A stretch of DNA of 20,958 nucleotides from Myxococcota bacterium (lineage in GTDB: Bacteria; Myxococcota_A; Polyangia; Polyangiales; Sandaracinaceae): the NCBI GenBank assembly GCA_036149055.1, contig JAYZQJ010000123.1, positions 1-20,958 of the forward strand, in the 5' to 3' direction. The translations under genes and the position numbers were made by a program. Shown here in pieces: positions 7,924 to 14,542 of this stretch. Below the pieces are notes generated by a model. That model was not told the origin of the DNA. It was given only the letters and a program-made list of their open reading frames with translations, and searched no databases. Position 1 is the first letter of the stretch. Each line of letters begins with the position of its first letter.

Positions 7924-8226
7924 ATGGCGCGAACGCGACCCGACCTCATCGAGAAGGAGATCGAGCGGCTCGAAGAGCAGGCCACGCTCCTCGAGCGCGA
8001 CTGGAAGCGGCTCCCCTATCTCTGGGGAGGGATGCTGCTGGTCGGTCCGATCTGGCTGATCTGGGGCCCGGTGGTCGGCCTGTACGCCTTCCTCTGCGTC
8101 CCCTGCCTCTTCTTCACCGCGCTCTACCTCGTCGGCGTGCGCCGGTCGGAGAACCGGCAGCTCCTGGCCGAGCTGCGCCGCCAGCTCGAGCGGATGCGCG
8201 GCCCCGACGCGCACCCCGCCACCTGA
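7924..8226 (+). CDS. Small membrane protein (two TM helices between coiled-coil-like ends), unknown function
   Basis: High GC3, purine-rich GGGGAAG upstream, hydrophobic core LPYLWGGMLLVGPIWLIWGPVVGLYAFLCVPCLFFTALYLVGV. Confidence 0.75.
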   Translation: MARTRPDLIEKEIERLEEQATLLERDWKRLPYLWGGMLLVGPIWLIWGPVVGLYAFLCVPCLFFTALYLVGVRRSENRQLLAELRRQLERMRGPDAHPAT

Positions 8227-8244
8227 CCGCCCCTGCCCGACGAG

Positions 8245-9201
8245 TCAGATCAGGTCGTAGGGCGCGCAGGTGGAGACGCCGGCGCCGATGATGGTGCCGG
8301 GCACCTCGAGCGGCGTGTCGATGGTGTCGACGATCTCGCCGGTCTCCCAGTCGAAGCGGGCGACCCGCGCGCTGCCGTCGGGGGCCTCGGTGAAGAGCCA
8401 GAAGTCGCCGCCCCACTGCGCGAACGCGAAGCCGCTCCGGGCGTCGAGGTCGACCCGCTTGCGCTCCAGGGTCGCGCCGGTGTCGGCGTCGAGCAGCTCG
8501 ATGGTGACCACCAGCGCCCGGATGTTGCGGACGTCGATCACCATGCCGAAGAGCCGGGAGTCCCCGGTGCCGGTCAGCTCCATGTTCGCCGGGGTGGGCG
8601 CCTCGAGCTCGCCGATCGTCGTCACGGTCAGGGCGCCGGTGTCGATCGACAGGAGGCGACGCCAGGGCGTGGTTTCGTCGCGGTACCAGTCGCCCTCGGC
8701 GGTGATGTAGAGGCGCTCCTCGCTCGAGTCGCCGACCGTCGCGTAGCCCATGCCGAAGCGGCGCGCGCCCTCCTGGCCGGTCTCCATCCCGGTGGCGCGG
8801 CAGCTGGCGTCGTCGGTGTCGATGGCGTGCAGGTTGCCGCCGTGGTCGGTGGCGTAGGCGACGCCGTCGCGGCTCACCGCCATCGAGGTCAGGTACCCGG
8901 TCTCGACCGGGCAGCGCACCTCGCCCACCACCGTGTAGCTCGCCGTCTCGGGGTCGAAGCGGAGCAGGTGGCTCTCGCCGCTCCCGTCGAGATCGGTCAC
9001 GAGGACGAACACCTGGTCGAGCGCCTCGCCGAGGCAGTCGGTCGCGGGTGGTGGGCCGCCGTCTCCCCGGGGCGCGGACGCGTCCACCCGGGCGGCGTCG
9101 GGCGCGTCGCCTCCGGCGTCCCCGCCATCGGGCCCGGGCGAGGCGGGCGGCTCGGCGCAGCCGAGGGCGAGGGCGAGGGCGAGCAGGGGCGCGTGCTTCA
9201 T
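8245..9201 (-). CDS. Lipoprotein with probable beta-propeller domain
   Basis: Lipobox ALGC; DGG/DAA linker; blade-like repeats LLRFDPET, SMAVSRDG, LHAIDTDD, LLSIDTG, ELTGTGDSRLFG, FAFAQWGGDFWLF; C-terminal GAGVSTCAP. Confidence 0.8.
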   Translation of the reverse strand: MKHAPLLALALALGCAEPPASPGPDGGDAGGDAPDAARVDASAPRGDGGPPPATDCLGEALDQVFVLVTDLDGSGESHLLRFDPETASYTVVGEVRCPVETGYLTSMAVSRDGVAYATDHGGNLHAIDTDDASCRATGMETGQEGARRFGMGYATVGDSSEERLYITAEGDWYRDETTPWRRLLSIDTGALTVTTIGELEAPTPANMELTGTGDSRLFGMVIDVRNIRALVVTIELLDADTGATLERKRVDLDARSGFAFAQWGGDFWLFTEAPDGSARVARFDWETGEIVDTIDTPLEVPGTIIGAGVSTCAPYDLI

Positions 9202-9207
9202 GCCGCC

Positions 9208-9213
9208 AGCGTA
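9208..9213 (-). promoter_or_regulatory. -10 box (TACGCT) of a probable leaderless transcript
   Basis: TANNNT 6 nt upstream of the ATG at 9201. Confidence 0.5.
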
Positions 9214-9237
9214 TCCGGATGGCCGCGCCCGAGGCGA

Positions 9238-10224
9238 CTACGCCGCCTGCGCGGATCGGAGCCGCTCCAGGCCCTCCGCGATCGAGACGGTCGGTCGCCA
9301 GCCGACGTCGCGCGCGATGGCGTCGATCGAGAACCAGTGCGCGGTCGACAGCTGCTCGGCCACGAAGCGGGTCAGCGGCGGCTCGCGGTCGGTGCGCGCG
9401 AGGCGGAAGGCGCCCTCGAGCAGCGCGCCCGCCGCGTGGGCGAGCCGGGTCGGGATCGGCACCACCTTCGCCGCGACCCCGTGCGCCTCGAGGATGCCGA
9501 GCACGATGTCCCGGAGCGGCATCGGCTCGCCGTTGGTGACGAAGTACGCCTTGCCGGCGCAGGCCGCGCCCGGGCCGAGGGCGTCGAGCGCCGCGACGTG
9601 CGCGTCCGCCGCGTTGTCCACGTAGACGGTGTCGACCCGATGGCCACCGCCGGCAGGCAGCGCGATGCGGCCGCGCCTCCCTCGCGCCACGATGCGCGGC
9701 ACGAGGTGCGGGTCGCCCGGGCCCCAGATCAGGTGCGGGCGCAGCGCCACCACCGAGAGGGCGTCCGACTGCGCGGCGAGCACCTCCCGCTCGGCCACCG
9801 TCTTGGTCGCCTGATAGGCGGTGCTCGGGTGGGTGGTGTAGGGGAGCGACTCGTCGCCCCCCTCGAGGTCGCCGCCCACGTGCACCACGCTCGGGGTGCT
9901 GGTGTAGACGAGCTTGGGGACCCCGGCGGCGGCGCAGGCCGCGAGCACGTTCCGGGTCCCGACGACGTTGGCCTGGAAGTAGGCGTCCTCGTCGCCCCAG
10001 ACGCCCGCCTTCGCGGCGGTGTGCACGATGGCGTCGCAGCCCTCGGCCGCCGCCGCCACCGCGTCCCGGTCCCCGAGATCCCCGCGGGCGTGCGCGACGC
10101 CCAGCGCCTCGAGCGCGGGGTAGCGGCCGCGGCTGAAGCTGCGCACCGAGTCGCCGCGCGCGGCGAGGCGCTTCGCGATGGCCCCGCCGAGGAAGCCGCC
10201 GCCGCCGGTGACGAGGACCTTCAT
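9238..10224 (-). CDS. oleD: 2-alkyl-3-oxoalkanoate reductase (extended SDR, 3-beta-HSD-like), 328 aa
   Basis: MKVLVTGGGGFLG, HTAAKAGVWG, YTSTPSV, YQATK (YxxxK), LRPHLIWGPGD; ATGA overlap with the oleC stop at 10221-10224. Confidence 0.92.
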   Translation of the reverse strand: MKVLVTGGGGFLGGAIAKRLAARGDSVRSFSRGRYPALEALGVAHARGDLGDRDAVAAAAEGCDAIVHTAAKAGVWGDEDAYFQANVVGTRNVLAACAAAGVPKLVYTSTPSVVHVGGDLEGGDESLPYTTHPSTAYQATKTVAEREVLAAQSDALSVVALRPHLIWGPGDPHLVPRIVARGRRGRIALPAGGGHRVDTVYVDNAADAHVAALDALGPGAACAGKAYFVTNGEPMPLRDIVLGILEAHGVAAKVVPIPTRLAHAAGALLEGAFRLARTDREPPLTRFVAEQLSTAHWFSIDAIARDVGWRPTVSIAEGLERLRSAQAA

Positions 10225-11900
10225 CGGAGCAGCTGATCCCGCGCCCAGACCGCGAGCTCCTCGCGGCGGATCTTGGCGTTGTGGCGGATGTCGACCGGGA
10301 AGTCGTCGTGGAAGAGGAAGGTGTCGATGGCCTCGGTCATCGGGTGGGCGCGGGCGAGCTCCCGGAGCTCTCGCGAGAGCTCGACCGGCGATAGCCGCGC
10401 GCCCTCCTCGCGCTCCACGCAGAGCACCGGGTCGACCCGGCCGCTCCGCGGCACGCCGACCAGCGCGCTCCGGAAGACCTCGGGGTGGGCGTCGAAGACC
10501 CGCTCGCACGCCACGGTGAACCACACGCGGTCGCCGTCGACGACGCGCTGACTCTTGCGCCCGCAGAACCACAGGCGCCCCGCCGCGTCGAAGTAGCCGA
10601 GGTCGCCCATCCGGTGGAAGAAGCCGTCGCCGGCCGGGATCTTCGCCAGCCGGGTCTGGGCCTCCGCCTCCCAGTAGCGGGCCGTCGCCTGGGGCGCGCG
10701 CACCGCGATCTCCCCCACCTCGTCGACCGGCACCGAGGGCGCGTCGTCGAGGCTGGCGATCGGCGCGTCGGTGATCGGGATCACCCGCACCTCGGCCGAG
10801 GCGACCGGGCGGCCCACGCAGACCCCGGCGCCGCGCGCGGTGAGCGCGGCCGTCTCGTCGATGACCTCGCGGCTCTCGACCACCGCCACCGGCAGACACT
10901 CGGTCGCGCCGTAGGGCGTCCACACCTCGGCGTCCTCGGGGAGCATCGCGCGCATCCGGGCGAGCACCGCCGTGGGGACCGGGGCGCCGGCGCTGAACAC
11001 CCGGCGAAGGGTGGGCAGCGTCTTGCCCTCGCGCTCGCCCCAGCGCGAGAGCGCGTTCAGCAGGGCGGGCGAGCCGAACATGTTGGTGACCCCGAAGTCC
11101 TCGATCGCCTCGACGATCTTCTCCGGGCTCGCCTTGGCGGGCCGCGTCGGATCCATGTCGGGGATCACCGTCGTCATGCCGAGCGCGGGGTCGAAGAGCG
11201 CGAAGAGCGGGAAGGTCGGGAGATCGATCTCGCCGGGGCGGATCCCGAAGGTGGTCTTCAGCGCCTCGACCTGCGCCGCGAAGTTGCCGTGGGTGTAGAC
11301 GGCCCCCTTCGGGGCGCCGGTGCTGCCGCTCGTGAAGAGGATCGCGGCGAGGTCGTCGGCGCGGGTGGGCTCGAGCGCGGGCTCGCCGCCTTCGCCGCGC
11401 CGCATCACCGCGTCCAGGGTGAGCCCGCCCCAGGGGGCGACGCGGCCCACCGTGATCGTCACCGCCGAGCTCGTCGCCCACCGCAGCACGAGCCGGGCGA
11501 GCTGCGCGGTCGGGATGCCGATGAACGCCTCGGGCCGCGCCTTGGCGAGGCAGGCCTTCATGTTCGCCAGGCCGATGCCGGGGTCGACCATCACCGGGAC
11601 CGCGCCCGCCTTGAAGAGGCCGAACACCAGCGCGAACAGCTCGAGCGACGGCTTCACCATCAGCGCCACGCGGGTGCCCGGGCCGACCCCGCTGCGGTGC
11701 AGGCCGCGCGCGATCCGGTCCGACGCCTCGTCGAGCTGCCGGTAGGTGTAGTGCGTGTAGCGGACCCGGCCGTTGTCGGCGCGGCCGTCCGGGAAGTAGA
11801 TGGCCGGCGCGTAGGGTTGCCGTTCGGCCATCGCCGGGAGGTGGCTGGCGATGTTGACGACGGGCGGCGCGGCCGCGCCTTCGGCCTCGAGCGCGGGCAT
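10221..11900 (-). CDS. oleC: Olefin beta-lactone synthetase (ANL adenylate-forming enzyme), 559 aa
   Basis: NIASHL, ILFTSGSTGAPKG, DLPTFPLFALF, TPYGATE, HRMGDLG, WFCGRKSQRV, FPVDIRHNAKI. True start ATG 11900; the ORF-track extension to 12776 is the antisense of the dioxygenase. Confidence 0.93.
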   Translation of the reverse strand: MPALEAEGAAAPPVVNIASHLPAMAERQPYAPAIYFPDGRADNGRVRYTHYTYRQLDEASDRIARGLHRSGVGPGTRVALMVKPSLELFALVFGLFKAGAVPVMVDPGIGLANMKACLAKARPEAFIGIPTAQLARLVLRWATSSAVTITVGRVAPWGGLTLDAVMRRGEGGEPALEPTRADDLAAILFTSGSTGAPKGAVYTHGNFAAQVEALKTTFGIRPGEIDLPTFPLFALFDPALGMTTVIPDMDPTRPAKASPEKIVEAIEDFGVTNMFGSPALLNALSRWGEREGKTLPTLRRVFSAGAPVPTAVLARMRAMLPEDAEVWTPYGATECLPVAVVESREVIDETAALTARGAGVCVGRPVASAEVRVIPITDAPIASLDDAPSVPVDEVGEIAVRAPQATARYWEAEAQTRLAKIPAGDGFFHRMGDLGYFDAAGRLWFCGRKSQRVVDGDRVWFTVACERVFDAHPEVFRSALVGVPRSGRVDPVLCVEREEGARLSPVELSRELRELARAHPMTEAIDTFLFHDDFPVDIRHNAKIRREELAVWARDQLLR

Positions 11901-11906
11901 GGCGAG

Positions 11907-11912
11907 ACCGTA
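11907..11912 (-). promoter_or_regulatory. -10 box (TACGGT) of a probable leaderless oleCD transcript
   Basis: TANNNT 6 nt upstream of the oleC ATG. Confidence 0.5.
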
Positions 11913-11966
11913 CCTAGCAGCCCGTCCGGCTCGACGCGAGGCCTCCCAGGCACCAGCGTTGGCCGG

Positions 11967-12674
11967 ATGGACACGGTCACCGAGCGTCTCCGCGAGCGCG
12001 GCTTCGCGTTCCTGCGCGGAGAGACGATGCGCCGGCGCCTCGAGGCGCTCGGGCCCCTCGCCGACTGGGAGGCCTTCGCCGAGAGCTGGGACGACCTCGG
12101 CCCCGACCCCTACCTCGCGGTGGTCGGGCGGCAGCGGAGCCGCCGCCACGGCGTCTTCCACGTCGCGCCGGGAGAGGTGAGCCGCGCGCCCGATCGGCCG
12201 CACTACCAGGAGCGCGACCACAACCCGCTCCAGGGCGGCATCCAGCGCGCCTTCGAGCCGCTCGCGCCGCACGTGGCCGAGAGCGTGAGCCTGCGCACCG
12301 TCCTGCTCGAGGGCGCCCGGACCTTCGCGCCGCTCTCTCCGCCGAGCCCACGCTGGGAGGTCGAGACCCACCAGTTCCGGATCGAGGCGAGCCGCGGCCG
12401 CGCGGGCTCTCCCACCCCCGAGGGCATGCACCGCGACGGCGTCGATCACGTGCTGGTGCTGATGATCCGGCGGGTGAACATCCGGAAGGGCACGACGTCG
12501 ATCCACGACGCGGGCGATCGGCGGCGGCTCGGGGCGTTCACGCTCGCGCAGCCCTTCGACGCGGCGTGGGTCGACGACCGCCGGGCCCTGCACGCGGTCA
12601 CCGCGGTGGAGGCGGTCGACCCGTCGCGGCCGGCGTTCCGGGACGTGCTCGTGGCCACCTACGCGCTGCGCTGA
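11967..12674 (+). CDS. 2OG-Fe(II) dioxygenase family protein (BsmA-like), 235 aa
   Basis: SWDDLGPDPYL, PHYQ..DHNPLQGGIQRAFEP, ETHQFRI, PTPEGMHRDGVD (HxD), LHAVT (distal His), RDVLV (2OG-binding Arg). Confidence 0.9.
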   Translation: MDTVTERLRERGFAFLRGETMRRRLEALGPLADWEAFAESWDDLGPDPYLAVVGRQRSRRHGVFHVAPGEVSRAPDRPHYQERDHNPLQGGIQRAFEPLAPHVAESVSLRTVLLEGARTFAPLSPPSPRWEVETHQFRIEASRGRAGSPTPEGMHRDGVDHVLVLMIRRVNIRKGTTSIHDAGDRRRLGAFTLAQPFDAAWVDDRRALHAVTAVEAVDPSRPAFRDVLVATYALR

Positions 12675-12681
12675 CGGGCTG

Positions 12682-12709
12682 TCCGTCGCGAGGGCGGGGC
12701 CGCGACGGA
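12682..12709 (+). terminator. Hairpin after the dioxygenase stop, possible terminator
   Basis: 9-bp perfect stem TCCGTCGCG / CGCGACGGA with 10-nt loop, 7 nt after TGA; no U-tract. Confidence 0.4.
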
Positions 12710-12796
12710 ATGTCGCTCCCGGTCCGGTCCATGGACGCCAACCGCACGCCGCGGGCCTCGGCACGCGGGTTGCCATCTCGGGGTGCAGGAGGACCC

Positions 12797-13279
12797 ATGG
12801 ACCCGCATCACGAACCCTCGATCCCCTTCGGCCCCGCGCAGGCGTGGGCCACCGACCTGGCCCTGGTGGGCGCCGTCACCGGCCTCGCGCTCGGGCTGGT
12901 CACGCCCCTCGGCTTCCCGGTCGCGCTCGCCACCGCCGTCGTCGCCGCGCTCGGGGGCGGCGCGGTCGGCCTCGTCGCGCCCCGCCTCTTCCACCGCCGC
13001 GTGCGGCGCAAGCCCTGGATGCTGCTGACGGCGGCCGCGTCCGGCCTCGGCGGCTGCTGGGGGGCGCTCGCCGGCTTCGTGGGCGCGGTCGCGCTGGGGG
13101 AGCACTGGCTCCGGCCGACCGCGCTCGCCGCGACCGCGTTCGCGGTGCAGCTCGGGTGGCTCTGGCTCCCGCTGGCGGTGGCCCGCGCCCGGGGCGAGAG
13201 CGTGCACGGCTGGGTGGCCGGCGCGGGCGTGGTGGCCCCGCTCGTCGCGTGGATGTCCTGGCTCCACTACACGGGCTGA
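12797..13279 (+). CDS. Gly/Ala-rich multi-pass membrane protein (160 aa), unknown function
   Basis: AGGAGG upstream of ATG 12797; about five hydrophobic segments. Confidence 0.75.
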   Translation: MDPHHEPSIPFGPAQAWATDLALVGAVTGLALGLVTPLGFPVALATAVVAALGGGAVGLVAPRLFHRRVRRKPWMLLTAAASGLGGCWGALAGFVGAVALGEHWLRPTALAATAFAVQLGWLWLPLAVARARGESVHGWVAGAGVVAPLVAWMSWLHYTG

Positions 13280-13283
13280 TCGA

Positions 13284-14093
13284 TCAGGACGCGGCGCGGA
13301 GGCGGTCGAGGATCGCGAACAGGCCCAGCACCGGCTCACGGTCCGACCAGCGCAGGGTGCCGAGGCTCTCGGCCTCCGGCCTGACCGGGCCTCGGTCGTG
13401 CTCTTCGAGCACGACCAACCGGGTGCGCCACGCCTCGTCCACCCGGAGCGCGGTGCTCACGATCACCTCGCACCGGAGGTCGGTGAGCGACGTGCCGATC
13501 AGCGCGGCGCGCGGCGGCTCCGGGGAGCACATGAGCCGGAGCGCTTCGGTGCCGCTGTCGGTCACGTGGCACTGGTGGTCGCGCTCGAGCGCCTCGAAGC
13601 GGGCGCGCGTCTCCGGGTCGCACGCGATGAGCACGTAGCCGCTCACCTTCTTGAGGCGGGTGCCCGAGGGCGCGCGTCGCTGCGCCGGCCGCGGCGGCTC
13701 CTTCGTCGTCGGCGCGGTCCGCGCCTCGGGCAGCCACCGCTTCAGCGCGGCCAGGAGCGCGTCGTTCGCGCCCGAGAGGTGCCCGTCGGCGCCGCACGCC
13801 TCGGCCTCGGCCTCGAGCGCCTCGCCGCCCTCGGTCCCGTAGAGCAGCACCCGCGCCCCGCGGCCGGCCCAGCTCTTCTTGACCGCCTCGACCACGTCGG
13901 CGCCGGGGACCAGCGGCATGTTCGCGTGCACGATGGTCACCGCCGGGCGCTCGCGCACGACGGCCGCGGCGGCGCCGATGCCGACGGTGCGCTCGATGAT
14001 CTGGTAGCCCATCTCCTCGAGGCGGGCGCCGAGCTCCACCAGGGGCATCGACTCGGGGTGCACGATGAGGATCTTGTCGGCCATCTCTTTCAA
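13284..14093 (-). CDS. Tandem pseudo-receiver (CheY-like) domain protein without output domain
   Basis: KILIVHPE...LEEMGYQI...ERPAVTIVHANMPLVPG...VLLYG...ACGADGHL; second degenerate unit YVLIACDPE...DSGTEAL...PPRAALIGTSL. Start TTG 14093 (overlapping upstream stop) or ATG 14084. Confidence 0.75.
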   Translation of the reverse strand: MKEMADKILIVHPESMPLVELGARLEEMGYQIIERTVGIGAAAAVVRERPAVTIVHANMPLVPGADVVEAVKKSWAGRGARVLLYGTEGGEALEAEAEACGADGHLSGANDALLAALKRWLPEARTAPTTKEPPRPAQRRAPSGTRLKKVSGYVLIACDPETRARFEALERDHQCHVTDSGTEALRLMCSPEPPRAALIGTSLTDLRCEVIVSTALRVDEAWRTRLVVLEEHDRGPVRPEAESLGTLRWSDREPVLGLFAILDRLRAAS

Positions 14094-14542
14094 CCCATCG
14101 CCACGCCGGCGGCGGTGAGCTGCGAGCGCGCGCTCGCCATGTCGACGCCGATGTCGGCCGCGGCGAGCGTGAGCACCTCGTCGAGCGACTTCACGACCTT
14201 CACCTTGTTCCGCAGCTTGCTCATGAGGAGCATGCCCGCGAGCGCCGACCGGTGGACGCTGCCCATGAAGCCGCCCGTGTCGATGACCACGTAGAGCTTC
14301 GCCAGCATCGGCATGAGCGACTCCGCCGAGCGGACCATCGCCTTGCGCACGTCGTCGTCGGGCGGCTTCGAGCCCTCCTCGGTGATCGACACGTAGACCA
14401 CCGGCTTGCCGGTCTCGCGGTGGAAGCGGCTCACCTCGTCCCGCACCGCGGTGATGTCGCTGACCGTCATGTCCTGCCAGCGCACCACCAGCATGCTGCC
14501 CACCTTCGTGACCGAGTAGCTCATCCGTCCCGTTTCCTTCAT
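14090..14542 (-). CDS. STAS/SEC14 (SpoIIAA-like) domain protein
   Basis: LVVRW, VVYVSI, PPDDDVRKAM, LYVVIDTGGFMGSVHRSAL, VKVVKSLDEV pattern typical of this small alpha/beta family. Start ATG 14542 (ATGA overlap) or ATG 14524. Confidence 0.6.
   Translation of the reverse strand: MKETGRMSYSVTKVGSMLVVRWQDMTVSDITAVRDEVSRFHRETGKPVVYVSITEEGSKPPDDDVRKAMVRSAESLMPMLAKLYVVIDTGGFMGSVHRSALAGMLLMSKLRNKVKVVKSLDEVLTLAAADIGVDMASARSQLTAAGVAMG

Noticed and set aside
10225..11481. Apparent long N-terminal extension of OleD (747-aa ORF)
   Set aside because: Off-frame overlap with oleC; the Rossmann motif starts at ATG 10224, coupled to the oleC stop.
11901..12776. Apparent 292-aa N-terminal extension of OleC, suggesting an OleBC-like fusion
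   Set aside because: It is the antisense of the 2OG-Fe(II) dioxygenase and has no hydrolase motifs; OleC similarity begins just after ATG 11900.
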